Below the pieces are notes generated by a model, which was not told the DNA's origin, made no database searches, and saw only the letters and a program-made list of their open reading frames with translations. From positions 619 through 64,618 of the forward strand of contig JAAZXP010000001.1 of the NCBI GenBank assembly GCA_014240055.1: DNA of 64,000 bases. Direction: 5' to 3'. A program made the position numbers and the translations under genes. Within the stretch, counting starts at the first letter, position 1. Each line of letters starts with the position of its first letter. Of this stretch, positions 47,085 through 63,316 are shown piece after piece. Origin of the DNA: Methanobacteriota archaeon. GTDB lineage: Archaea > Thermoplasmatota > Poseidoniia > MGIII > CG-Epi1.

Positions 47085-47855
47085 ATGCTTCCATTAACTG
47101 ATATGAGTACAGAAGAATCTCATAATATTAAAGCTATTTTATTTGATTTGGATGGTACTTTTGTTAATAGCGATGAATTGAAAAGTAAGGCCTATAGTTC
47201 GTTAGAAACTATCCGTGAAAAAGGATTGAAGACAATAGCAGTAACAGGAAGACCTGCAGGTTGGTGTGATTTAATTTCTAGATGGTGGCCAGTTGATGCA
47301 GTCGTTGGAGAAAATGGAGCCTTTTACTTTTATAAAAGGGGAGATCAGATAATACGCAAAACATTTTATGATTCGGAAGTACAACATGCTAATAGAGTCA
47401 AGTTAGATTTATTATTTGAGAAATTACGAGTCCGTTTTCCCAGCATTAAGGTAGCTTCAGATCAGTCCTTTCGACAATGGGATTTAGCAATTGATGTTGC
47501 TGAAGAGGTTCGAGTATCTAAGAAAGAAATTATAGAAATAGTAAATTTTGCAGAAGCAGAGGGTGCTTGTACTGCCATATCTAATATTCATATCAACATA
47601 TGGTTTGGAAATTATACCAAAGAGCAGATGTCCTTGAAAGTTATTAGGAAACTAGACTTGAATAGTAAGAATATATTGTATATTGGAGATTCTCCTAATG
47701 ATTCGCCTATGTTCAATTGTTTTGATTCTACAGTAGGGGTGAGTTCAGTAATCAATTATGAAGGCTTAATGAAAACATACCCTAAATATATAACTAAGAA
47801 TGACGAAGGTAACGGTTTTGTGGAATTAATTGACTTTCTCATTTCGACCAGGTAA
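47085..47855 (+). CDS. HAD-superfamily (IIB-like) phosphatase
   Basis: Motif I ILFDLDGTF, VTGRP, motif IV GDSPNDSPMF. Convergent 17-nt overlap with dcd. Confidence 0.75.
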   Translation: MLPLTDMSTEESHNIKAILFDLDGTFVNSDELKSKAYSSLETIREKGLKTIAVTGRPAGWCDLISRWWPVDAVVGENGAFYFYKRGDQIIRKTFYDSEVQHANRVKLDLLFEKLRVRFPSIKVASDQSFRQWDLAIDVAEEVRVSKKEIIEIVNFAEAEGACTAISNIHINIWFGNYTKEQMSLKVIRKLDLNSKNILYIGDSPNDSPMFNCFDSTVGVSSVINYEGLMKTYPKYITKNDEGNGFVELIDFLISTR

Positions 47856-48315
47856 TACCTTCTTGATTTTGGTAATTCCCACTTCTTTCTGAATATAGAG
47901 ATTTGGCAGAGCTAGACATCATTTCAAAAACCATTTGTGCAAAGGTTTCTCCTATATTTAATTCAACATCCTCGCTACCAGAATTAAAACCCAGCAAAGT
48001 CAAAGTTCCATTGAATCCAGAATCAATTTTACCAAAACTGCATATTATTCCCTTTCTAGCCCAGCTGGTTCGAAGCCACAATTGCGCACAAAGATTAGAA
48101 CCACATTCAATACGCTCTTTTGTTGAAACTGCAAATCTTTTTCCTGGAGGAATAAGAAGACTTCCTCTAGAGGTTTTCTGTTCATTAGGGATTTCAACTT
48201 CATCAATTGTCAAGTCATATCCGTTTGGCGTTAGATTTTGTTCGTTAAAAGGCACTATATTCAATTCTTTAGCATTAATTGCAGATATGATAGCTTCATC
48301 AGACAGTATTGCCAT
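47839..48315 (-). CDS. dcd: dCTP deaminase / dUTPase family protein
   Basis: N-terminus MAILSDEAI, GKIDSGFNGTLTL, FAQMVF. 158 aa. Confidence 0.8.
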   Translation of the reverse strand: MAILSDEAIISAINAKELNIVPFNEQNLTPNGYDLTIDEVEIPNEQKTSRGSLLIPPGKRFAVSTKERIECGSNLCAQLWLRTSWARKGIICSFGKIDSGFNGTLTLLGFNSGSEDVELNIGETFAQMVFEMMSSSAKSLYSERSGNYQNQEGITWSK

Positions 48316-49589
48316 TATTTTCTTATTTCATTTAAGAACTTTTCAGCCATATCAGCTCTAACTTTACCCGAATTTTTCAGCATTTCAGCCACTTTATCGA
48401 TTTCATTTTTATTTGCCCCGGCTTGAACTGCTAAATTGCGAGCATGTAATCCCATGTGTCCTCTTTGTATCCCCTCTGAGGCTAAAGCTCTCAAGGCACC
48501 TAAATTCTGACATAATCCCACAGCACATATGACTTGTGAAAGTTCAGTAGCACCACCAGGTATCTTAACGTCTAATATTTTCACACAGGCTTTTGCAGTA
48601 GGATGAGTTGATGTTGCTCCACCTACTAGCCCAATTGCCATAGGAAGTTCAATACTCCCCTTTAAGTCACCATTTTTTGTTTTTTCCCAAGTTGTGAAAG
48701 ATGAATGTCCTTCTTTCCATTGGCCATAGGTATGTGCTCCAGCTTCAATAGCTCTCCAATCATTACCAGTAGCAATAACTACAGGATCAATTCCATTCAT
48801 AATTCCCTTATTATGTGTCGCAACTCTGAAAGGATCCGCACAGGCAAACGAGAATGCTTCAATAATTCCATCAACAACTTCTTCTCCACCTAAAAATTCA
48901 GCAGGCCATATGGCGCTTGCTCTTGATTTTCGATAGATTGCTAAATTAGAGATAATCCTAAGATATACTCTACCTCCAGTTATAGTTTCCAACCTAGTAG
49001 CTACTGCTTCAGCCATTGTATTAACTGCATTAGCTCCCATTGCATCTCTACAATCTACTAATAGATGTGTTATCACCATTGGTCCAGTATCAGAATCTAG
49101 TACACGGACTTCAATGTCTTTACAACCTCCACCAAACTTAACTAGAATGGGGTCTTGTTCATTAGCTAGTTTTATTATTTCATCTCTCTTTTTAATTATT
49201 TGCTTTTTTGCAGCAAATGGATCGTCCAAATTAACTAATTGAATTTGACCAATCATTACAGGATCATCAGAGTCAGCAGTAATTCCTCCCATTTTCCGCG
49301 TTCCTTTAGCCATATGAGTAGCCGCAGCCACTACTGAAGGTTCTTCTAATGCCATAGGAACCATGTATTCCTTTTCATTTACCATGAAATTTGCAGCGAT
49401 ACCCAGAGGAAGTGGAAAAGTTCCTACCACATTTTCTATCATTCGGTTAGCAGTTTCTTCTCCTAATGCACCATATCCACTTATGGCATTTGTTTCTTCA
49501 TCCGAAAGATTTGCAAATTCTTTAACAAATTCTAGTCTTTCAGATGGTTTTTTTTTGTAAAAACCGGGTACTTCCGAGCTCGGACTCAT
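48315..49589 (-). CDS. hmgA: HMG-CoA reductase, class II (soluble, bacterial type)
   Basis: 424 aa with no membrane domain. EEPSVVAAA, DAMGANAVNT, GLVGGATSTHP, HMGLHARN. Confidence 0.92.
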   Translation of the reverse strand: MSPSSEVPGFYKKKPSERLEFVKEFANLSDEETNAISGYGALGEETANRMIENVVGTFPLPLGIAANFMVNEKEYMVPMALEEPSVVAAATHMAKGTRKMGGITADSDDPVMIGQIQLVNLDDPFAAKKQIIKKRDEIIKLANEQDPILVKFGGGCKDIEVRVLDSDTGPMVITHLLVDCRDAMGANAVNTMAEAVATRLETITGGRVYLRIISNLAIYRKSRASAIWPAEFLGGEEVVDGIIEAFSFACADPFRVATHNKGIMNGIDPVVIATGNDWRAIEAGAHTYGQWKEGHSSFTTWEKTKNGDLKGSIELPMAIGLVGGATSTHPTAKACVKILDVKIPGGATELSQVICAVGLCQNLGALRALASEGIQRGHMGLHARNLAVQAGANKNEIDKVAEMLKNSGKVRADMAEKFLNEIRK

Positions 49590-49629
49590 AATTAGGTAAG
49601 CAAGTATTCCTTAAAGATAGTTGTTCAAT

Positions 49630-52600
49630 TTAAAGAGGAGATTCGCCGATAGAACCACAATGAGGGCACATGATCTCTTTGTCGTCTCCTTTCCCTTTAA
49701 ACACCTTTAAACAACCGGACTCACAGACGAATGAAACTTGTCTAGAGAATTCACTACCTGATATTACACTAAATGGTTCCTTATACTCTTCACCATCTGA
49801 AGCTTCATCCATTTTTTCATAATCACCTTCTTGTTCAAATGTTTCTAGAGGTACTAATACCGATCCGTCATTAGCTACTGCATCAGTTCCATTTTTCCTA
49901 AACAAATAATTTGCAGAAAACAAAGCTATTGAAATTAATACTACAGCTCCCCCTACATACGCATAAATTTCATTTTCAGTGCTATCTTCACCTATTACTT
50001 CATTAACGACTTCAGTTTCTATAAATATTTCTAAAAATTTATTTTCCATATCTGGATTAGTATATCCCATTCTGTCAATTGATGTGATACGGTAGTAATG
50101 AAATCCAGCGCTCAAATTAACTAAATTATATTGAAGTTCATCAGTATTATTTGTGTCTACATTAGTTACTGAGATCCATTCAGTAGTAAAATTTCTTTTC
50201 GTTTCAATATGGAAACTTACTGCATCCAAAGGGCGTTTCCATTCTATAGTTACATTATTTCTTTCTTCAATAACAAAGTTAACTTCAGTAACTGGTTCAG
50301 GAGGTCTTGTATCTACGGTAGTCATTAAATCAAAGCCTTGATAAACGATTGATATTGATGAATTTAGTGGAGGTAGGTATCCATCGTCACCATCTCCAAA
50401 CACAATTTTGGAATTAACGTAGTCCACCCAATATTGGTTTGCCGTCATTCCGGTGAGATCGGTTCCAGTAAACTCTTCTAAACTTTTCTCGAAAATTCCA
50501 TCTGCGTCTTCGTCAACACTAATGGCCATGTTTCGAATTTTACCAATCATGACTGGTTTTAGAGGATAAACTGGCAATTCGATATTTCTATCTTCTTCAA
50601 AGATAATTGGTATGGTGAACTGATATGGTTCTCGGGAGTAATCATTCCCTGCTAAATCAAGAGGATTAATTCTAAAATAATAAGTTTTCCCATCTAACAA
50701 ATTAATAATTGCGGATTCATTCTCCCAATTATTACTCCAAATTTCCCAGTCTAATTCTTCTTCATCATTTTCACTTATTTGGGCATATTCCAAAGTTATA
50801 TTAGTTAAAATTTCATCAGAATGCAAAATACTGATAATTAAGTTTTCAGGACCAATAAAAGAATCTATAGGGTTTAATTTTACATTAGGACTCAATCTAT
50901 CAAAGGTAATTGTAACATCAGCCTCATTCTTTATTTCGATATTGCCAGCATAATCAACGGTTCGTGTTCTAATTTCAAATGTTGCATCTTTTGTTGGGGA
51001 AAACCAAAATTGGCCAGGAGAAGTAAAAGAACCAAAATCATTCCAAGTTAGATTTCCGACTTCTCGATATTCCACTAAGTAAGCTAGAATATCATAGGTC
51101 TGATTATTCTTCCATTGCAGAGTAACTCCATCTAAGTTGGTGAACTCAAAATCACCTTCTACTAGCCAAAGATTTGATTGAGGTAAATCTAAATCTATAT
51201 TCATTTCAGTGTCGTAAGAGCCTTTATTTTCAATATTTCCAAGAGCATCTGTAGCAACAGACTTGAATCGATAAATAAGTCCACTTTGACCGGTAAAATT
51301 CATGTTATTATTAGTATAGAATCCTAAAGAATTCCATTCACCTATAGTCCCACCATCTTTTTCTAAGTAATAAATCTCATATCCTTCTAAATCATCGCAA
51401 TCTGCTATACAGTTCCATTTAACTTCAAAAGTAGAATTATTACGGTAAAAACCTTCTTTAATAATACTTGAAGTAGGTGGTGTCGAATCTAAATAAATTG
51501 GAATTTCAATTAATTCAGTTTTGTAATTCCATAAGTTTGACTGCGGAAATGTTATCATAATCTCTTGATCAAACCATTGTGCATTTTGTGGGTTATAAAC
51601 TACACTAGCAATTATATTTTGGCCCTGGTTCAGATAATTGGTGTATACTTGGACTTCTTCATTCCAGTATTCAGCACCATGACCGCCACCGCCATCTATA
51701 TCACCAAAAACATAGATCCCATTAACATAATGATCTCCATAATTATTTGTTGCTGAACCGATACTCATAAATCCACCATCAAAAAGACTTATATCTGAAA
51801 TATTCAACGTGTGCCTAAAGTAGGCATAATTATCCCCTTCCCAGAAAGTTTGGTATTCTATTCCATTCAAATTCTCATCACCAAATGGGGTTTTTCCATC
51901 GCTCCAGTCAGTATCATTAAAATCGAATTTCGTCCAATTAGTATTATTGAATAATTCTTCCGAGTTTGTTGAATTTATCCATCTCCAATCCACATCATTA
52001 TTAGCACCTCGGCTCAATAATGTTCTAGTTATTACGTAATCATGGGTGCTCACTACCATGAAAGAAAGATTGTAGAATCCGTCATCGTATGATTCAGGTA
52101 TTGTGGCTGTCACCAACACATTCTGAGTTTGGCCAGGTTCAAGTAAGAAATTATTCGGAGTAAATAGGATGTTCCAGCTAGCAAAATTGGAGTCTGACTC
52201 TATTAAAGTTATATTGTCGGCTAGGTCTCCGTTATTGTTGACTTGAATTATCGAATTGACTATTCTACTTTGATTAATTAGTACTAGATCTCCATCTAAT
52301 GAGGTATTAAGTGAATAAATGGTTGTTGTCACGTTTAATAAAAAGTAGTTGTTAGTGAGATTAGTTTCATTACAATTACAAGAAAATGAAATATTTAATT
52401 GATTCAAGCCTTTTTTTGTAGGAATCCAATTGATAAATATTTGTCCATCAGAATTGTATGGCATTGTGTCAAAAAAATCACTACTATTAGTCACATTATC
52501 AGAAGTGCTATTTAGAAAAACATTTTCAGCACTTTGATTTCCTTGATTACCTCCGTTGATTAGTATATTGACAGCATCGCCGAGAATTATAGCTTCATTA

Positions 52601-53250
52601 GTGGGTTCAAAAACTTGGGCAGTTACTTGTAAATCAAGCCATTGCCTATTATTATTGCCCCAATTTCCAACATAGTCTCGACCATATACTGCTAGGACAT
52701 TTTCGCCATTGTTAAATGAGGCAGGTTCAATAGAACTGGTTCCATCATCATTCCAGTATTCAGCACCATGTGAATTTCCTCCACTTTCACTATAAATTAA
52801 GTTCCCATTTAGGTAAGGAGTACAATAATTGGCGAACGCTACATTAATTTCTGCAGATGTTACAGTGCCAGATACTTGGAAATTATGTCTGATTAGTATG
52901 ACATCATTATTGTATGGAGAATTCCCAGTAGTATCCCAATCTGTATTTTGATCCTCACCATTATATGGTCTATCTCCAAATGGAGCTGCACCGAGGCTCC
53001 ATGCAGAATCATTGAAATCAGGCATCGACCAATTTTCAGGAGATTCAGAAATATCATCAATAATTAAATATTTATAGTTAGTAGCATTGTCTCTTCCACT
53101 TTGAACTAGTAGTCTTTCTTGAGAATAATCATTAGAATACTCTACATCCTGTATAAATAAATCAGGTTCACCTTCAGAGTTAACTGATAAAAATGTTAGT
53201 GAAATTAGGGCTATTGCCAAAAAAGTGTGAACACCTAATATGCATCTCAT
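49630..53250 (-). CDS. 1206-aa type-I surface protein: signal peptide, duplicated jelly-roll-like module, CARDB-like and four FN3-like modules, single TM, acidic cytoplasmic tail ending in a zinc ribbon
   Basis: Signal FLAIALISLTFLSVNS. Duplicated module at aa 73-210 and 438-566, sharing DFND..WS.G..PFGD and HGAEYWN. FN3-like modules end in D(A/Y/L)(L/A)GN(I/D)(E/Y). TM helix IYAYVGGAVVLISIALFSANYLF (49900-49968). Tail contains CESGC..(17)..CPHC (49657-49725). Confidence 0.8.
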   Translation of the reverse strand: MRCILGVHTFLAIALISLTFLSVNSEGEPDLFIQDVEYSNDYSQERLLVQSGRDNATNYKYLIIDDISESPENWSMPDFNDSAWSLGAAPFGDRPYNGEDQNTDWDTTGNSPYNNDVILIRHNFQVSGTVTSAEINVAFANYCTPYLNGNLIYSESGGNSHGAEYWNDDGTSSIEPASFNNGENVLAVYGRDYVGNWGNNNRQWLDLQVTAQVFEPTNEAIILGDAVNILINGGNQGNQSAENVFLNSTSDNVTNSSDFFDTMPYNSDGQIFINWIPTKKGLNQLNISFSCNCNETNLTNNYFLLNVTTTIYSLNTSLDGDLVLINQSRIVNSIIQVNNNGDLADNITLIESDSNFASWNILFTPNNFLLEPGQTQNVLVTATIPESYDDGFYNLSFMVVSTHDYVITRTLLSRGANNDVDWRWINSTNSEELFNNTNWTKFDFNDTDWSDGKTPFGDENLNGIEYQTFWEGDNYAYFRHTLNISDISLFDGGFMSIGSATNNYGDHYVNGIYVFGDIDGGGGHGAEYWNEEVQVYTNYLNQGQNIIASVVYNPQNAQWFDQEIMITFPQSNLWNYKTELIEIPIYLDSTPPTSSIIKEGFYRNNSTFEVKWNCIADCDDLEGYEIYYLEKDGGTIGEWNSLGFYTNNNMNFTGQSGLIYRFKSVATDALGNIENKGSYDTEMNIDLDLPQSNLWLVEGDFEFTNLDGVTLQWKNNQTYDILAYLVEYREVGNLTWNDFGSFTSPGQFWFSPTKDATFEIRTRTVDYAGNIEIKNEADVTITFDRLSPNVKLNPIDSFIGPENLIISILHSDEILTNITLEYAQISENDEEELDWEIWSNNWENESAIINLLDGKTYYFRINPLDLAGNDYSREPYQFTIPIIFEEDRNIELPVYPLKPVMIGKIRNMAISVDEDADGIFEKSLEEFTGTDLTGMTANQYWVDYVNSKIVFGDGDDGYLPPLNSSISIVYQGFDLMTTVDTRPPEPVTEVNFVIEERNNVTIEWKRPLDAVSFHIETKRNFTTEWISVTNVDTNNTDELQYNLVNLSAGFHYYRITSIDRMGYTNPDMENKFLEIFIETEVVNEVIGEDSTENEIYAYVGGAVVLISIALFSANYLFRKNGTDAVANDGSVLVPLETFEQEGDYEKMDEASDGEEYKEPFSVISGSEFSRQVSFVCESGCLKVFKGKGDDKEIMCPHCGSIGESPL

Positions 53251-53338
53251 TGTTTAATTGATAAATGGTCTAGTATTTTAAACTTATAAAACTATGTGAA
53301 CTATTTATTATCGCCTCTTTAGTAACATATCTGATATT

Positions 53339-57468
<4,130 letters not shown>

Positions 57469-57476
57469 AACTCTAT

Positions 57477-57710
57477 TTATTGTTCAAACATTTTTTTGGT
57501 TGACTTTATAGTTTCCCCAGCTGAAATTAAAATATCGCCAGTGGATTCTACTACATCTCCCATCTTATCTGTTGCACCCTCAGCTTGTTCAGCAGCTTTT
57601 TGCATTAAGTCTTTTGACATATCGGAGACTTTTTGGGCTAAAAATTTTAAATCCTCGAGAGCTTCATCTAAGCCCAGAGATTCTATTTTAGTTTCTTTTT
57701 CATCTGACAT
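57477..57710 (-). CDS. Hypothetical small acidic helical protein
   Basis: 77 aa, predicted all-helical. No family recognised. Same strand as the downstream hbd-argF-pcn genes. Confidence 0.4.
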   Translation of the reverse strand: MSDEKETKIESLGLDEALEDLKFLAQKVSDMSKDLMQKAAEQAEGATDKMGDVVESTGDILISAGETIKSTKKMFEQ

Positions 57711-57746
57711 AAGTTATGATGAGTGTGGTCATAATTAAATTTGTGC

Positions 57747-60285
<2,539 letters not shown>

Positions 60286-60352
60286 TGGTGGCCGATATTT
60301 AACTATTGTTTATGCTTCTATTCTAGCCATTAATCTAATATACTTAGCTCGG

Positions 60353-61018
60353 ATGAACATACATTCCACTTTTTGGAGGGAATTTTTGTCAGAAAAAGAT
60401 TTAAAAAAAGGTACAACCACTTTAGGTTTGGTTTGTAAAGACGGCATAGTCATGGCAACCGAGATGCGGGCCACAATGGGTAATTTGATAGGTCACAAAA
60501 CGACTCAAAAATTATTTCGAATATCAGATAATATGGGTTTGACTGTAGCAGGCTTGGTCGGTGATGCTCAAATGTTAGCAAGATGGTTATCTGCAGAAGT
60601 TAAATTATATGAATTAAAGACGGGAAGGCAGATGTCACTAAAAGCAGCATCTACTCTGATGGCTAATATTATGAATGGTAGAAGATACATGCCATTCTGG
60701 GTTCAGTTACTTTTAGGTGGTATAGATTCAGATGGTTCTCACGTTTATTCATTGGATGCAGCAGGAGGTTCCATACCAGATAAATTCCAAACAACAGGTT
60801 CAGGATCTCCATTTGTGTATGGTGTTTTAGAAGACAGGTTCAAAGAAGATTTGACTGTAGAACAAGGTAAAGTTTTAGGAGTAAGAGCCTTGATTGCAGC
60901 AATGAAGAGAGATTCAGCCTCTGGTGATGGAATATCTATGTGTGTAATCAATTCTAAAGGATATCATGCAGTATCTCCAGAAGAATTGAAGAAGATTGAA
61001 ACTAAATTAGAAGCTTAA
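60353..61018 (+). CDS. psmB: Proteasome beta subunit
   Basis: Propeptide followed by the mature N-terminal Thr (KKG/TTTLGLVCKDGIVMATE). I moved the start from the tracked 60221, which overlaps pcn, to ATG 60353. Confidence 0.92.
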   Translation: MNIHSTFWREFLSEKDLKKGTTTLGLVCKDGIVMATEMRATMGNLIGHKTTQKLFRISDNMGLTVAGLVGDAQMLARWLSAEVKLYELKTGRQMSLKAASTLMANIMNGRRYMPFWVQLLLGGIDSDGSHVYSLDAAGGSIPDKFQTTGSGSPFVYGVLEDRFKEDLTVEQGKVLGVRALIAAMKRDSASGDGISMCVINSKGYHAVSPEELKKIETKLEA

Positions 61019-61040
61019 GGGCTACTAAGTTAATAAAAAA

Positions 61041-61046
61041 AGGAGG
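61041..61046 (+). promoter_or_regulatory. Shine-Dalgarno site AGGAGG 6 nt upstream of the aCPSF1 start
   Basis: Perfect AGGAGG at 61041-61046; ATG at 61053. Confidence 0.5.
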
Positions 61047-61052
61047 CCTAAA

Positions 61053-62975
61053 ATGGCCGTAGAAGACGTAGTTAAATTAGTCAAGAAAGTCGCGACAGAA
61101 GTCATACCAGACAGTGTATCCTTTACGGATATAAAAGTGGAGGCATCTAATGTTGTTTTGTACACTCCTAATGTTGAAATTTTTACAGAGAACAACGATT
61201 TAATTCGTAATTTGGCTCAAAAAGTCAGAAAGCGTATAGTAATTAAGGCAGATCCGAGTGTTCGTAAACCAATTGTTTCGGCCAAGCAGAAACTTAGTGA
61301 AATAATACCAGAAGATGCTGGTGTTGTTGAGATAAAGTTTGATGAAGTTAACGGTGATGTAATTATTGAAGCTACTAATCCAGGAAAGGCTATCGGAAAG
61401 CAGGGAGTAGTTCTCAATAAAGTGCGCAGAGAATTAGGTTGGAACCCAGTAGTTATACGCTCAGCACCAATGGAATCTAAAACATTGAAAGATGTTCGTA
61501 ATTACATGCTAGGTGAAAAAGTAGCAGAAGGGCGGAAGAAATTTTTAACGAAGGTTGGCAAGAAAATATTTAGAGATACCATTGATGGTGAACAACATGT
61601 TCGAGTAACTGCCCTAGGTGGATACAGAGAGGTTGGTAGATCATGTCATCTTCTAATGACTAAAGACAGCAAAGTGTTGATTGATTGTGGTTTTAATCCA
61701 GGTAATGACAAAGAACCAAGTCCATTTCTCAGTGCACCTGAAGCGACACCTTTAGAGGGAATTGATGCCGTTGTTCTTACACATGCTCACTTAGATCATT
61801 CAGCCTTACTTCCAATGCTATTTGTATACGGTTTTGACGGTCCAATTTATTGTACACCTCCAACAAGAGAATTATCTTCTCTTCTCCAAAATGATTTTAT
61901 CAAAATCCAAAATAGTGAGGGGAAACGTGTGCCATACAATACTGAGCACATACGTCAATCTATCAGAAATACAATACCTCTAAACTATGGAGATACTACA
62001 GATATTGCACCAGATTTAAAATTGACATTTCATAATTCAGGTCACATATTAGGTTCTGCAGCAGCTCATTTCCATGTTGGTGAAGGTCTTTATAATATAG
62101 TCTTTTCAGGTGATATTAAATTTGAAAATACATGGCTTTTTGATAGAGCAGTTAACAATTTCCCAAGGCTTGAAGCCCTAATTATGGAATCGACATATGG
62201 AGGTTACAAAGATTTCCAGCCTCCGAGAGAAGAAGGTACTAGAAATCTTACTGAGATAATCAATAGGACTGTGGAAAGGAAAGGTAAAATCCTAATTCCA
62301 GTTTTTGCAGTTGGAAGGTCGCAAGAGGTTATGCTTGTACTCGAGAAAGCTTATTCTGAGGGTAAATTGAAGGATATGCCCGTATATTTGGACGGGATGA
62401 TATGGGAAGCTACTGCCTTACACTCAGCATATCCTGAGTATTTGAACAATAATTTGCGTAACAAAATTTATCAGAATCAAGATAATCCTTTTAGATCTGA
62501 AATTTTCAACAAAGTTGAAAGTCCGGAGATGCGACAAGAAATTTGTGGGAGAGAGGAGCCCGCCATTGTTTTGGCTACTTCAGGTATGGTCAATGGAGGG
62601 CCAGTTATGGAATATTTGCGTCATTGGGCTCCCGATTCGAGAAATAGTATGATATTTGTTGGTTATCAGGCTTCTGGAACGATGGGTCAGAGATTACAGC
62701 AAGGTGCTAGTGAAATCCATTTACATGATAGAGAAAATGGAGGTATGGTTCCTGTTAAAGTTAATATGAATTTAGAAACATGTGAAGGTTTTTCAGGGCA
62801 TAGTGATAAAAGACAATTAATGAGATACCTTAGAACTATCAGACCACGTCCAAAGATAGTATTATTGAATCATGGAGATGCTCAAACGTGTGAACAGTTT
62901 GCTAATGATATTAGACGTAAAGTAAGATTAGATTGTAGAGTCCCCCATAATCTTGAGACGATAAGGTTTCTGTAA
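61053..62975 (+). CDS. Archaeal CPSF1 (KH + MBL + beta-CASP ribonuclease; aCPSF1/FttA termination factor family)
   Basis: N-terminal KH pair (GKAIGKQGVVLNKV), MBL motif THAHLDHSA, beta-CASP region, C-terminal GHSD. psmB-aCPSF1 adjacency is widely conserved in archaea. Confidence 0.92.
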   Translation: MAVEDVVKLVKKVATEVIPDSVSFTDIKVEASNVVLYTPNVEIFTENNDLIRNLAQKVRKRIVIKADPSVRKPIVSAKQKLSEIIPEDAGVVEIKFDEVNGDVIIEATNPGKAIGKQGVVLNKVRRELGWNPVVIRSAPMESKTLKDVRNYMLGEKVAEGRKKFLTKVGKKIFRDTIDGEQHVRVTALGGYREVGRSCHLLMTKDSKVLIDCGFNPGNDKEPSPFLSAPEATPLEGIDAVVLTHAHLDHSALLPMLFVYGFDGPIYCTPPTRELSSLLQNDFIKIQNSEGKRVPYNTEHIRQSIRNTIPLNYGDTTDIAPDLKLTFHNSGHILGSAAAHFHVGEGLYNIVFSGDIKFENTWLFDRAVNNFPRLEALIMESTYGGYKDFQPPREEGTRNLTEIINRTVERKGKILIPVFAVGRSQEVMLVLEKAYSEGKLKDMPVYLDGMIWEATALHSAYPEYLNNNLRNKIYQNQDNPFRSEIFNKVESPEMRQEICGREEPAIVLATSGMVNGGPVMEYLRHWAPDSRNSMIFVGYQASGTMGQRLQQGASEIHLHDRENGGMVPVKVNMNLETCEGFSGHSDKRQLMRYLRTIRPRPKIVLLNHGDAQTCEQFANDIRRKVRLDCRVPHNLETIRFL

Positions 62976-63202
62976 TGAAGGAAATTGAAGATAAAATATT
63001 AGAAGTTATCACCGAGCTGGAGAGCTGGGAAAGGAGGGAGAAAAAAGTTCGAGCTCGGTTAGAAAAGGATGAAGCTGACGTGTCTGAATTGGATCGAATT
63101 AATGAGCAGATATCACATTATCAAAGTTTGTTACATGATATGAAGAAAAAAATGTCTTCAACAGATGTTTCCCGTACGATTTTCCGTTCGGGAAATCCAT
63201 AA
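62975..63202 (+). CDS. Hypothetical small coiled-coil protein
   Basis: 75 aa, charged heptad-like sequence. Its ATG overlaps the aCPSF1 stop (TAATG). No family recognised. Confidence 0.4.
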   Translation: MKEIEDKILEVITELESWERREKKVRARLEKDEADVSELDRINEQISHYQSLLHDMKKKMSSTDVSRTIFRSGNP

Positions 63203-63210
63203 TAATATAG
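63203..63210 (+). promoter_or_regulatory. TATA-like box (TAATATAG) for the tRNA gene
   Basis: Centred ~27 nt upstream of the tRNA 5' end at 63233. Confidence 0.4.
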
Positions 63211-63232
63211 ATATAGAATGACTTTATCATTG

Positions 63233-63309
63233 GGTGAGGTGGCAGAGCCCGGCTATGCACGCGACTGCAGATCGCGACCACGGGAGTTCGAATCTCTCCC
63301 TCACCACCA
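63233..63309 (+). tRNA. tRNA with anticodon GCA (Cys), genomically encoded CCA, discriminator A73
   Basis: Manual cloverleaf. Acceptor GGTGAGG/CCTCACC (7 WC pairs). D arm GCA(G)-AGCCCGGCT-(A)TGC. Anticodon stem CGCGA/TCGCG with loop CT-GCA-GA. Variable loop ACCAC. T arm GGGAG-TTCGAAT-CTCTC (one G-U). Then A + CCA. It is a GC-rich island in AT-rich DNA. Confidence 0.85.
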
Positions 63310-63316
63310 CAATGCT

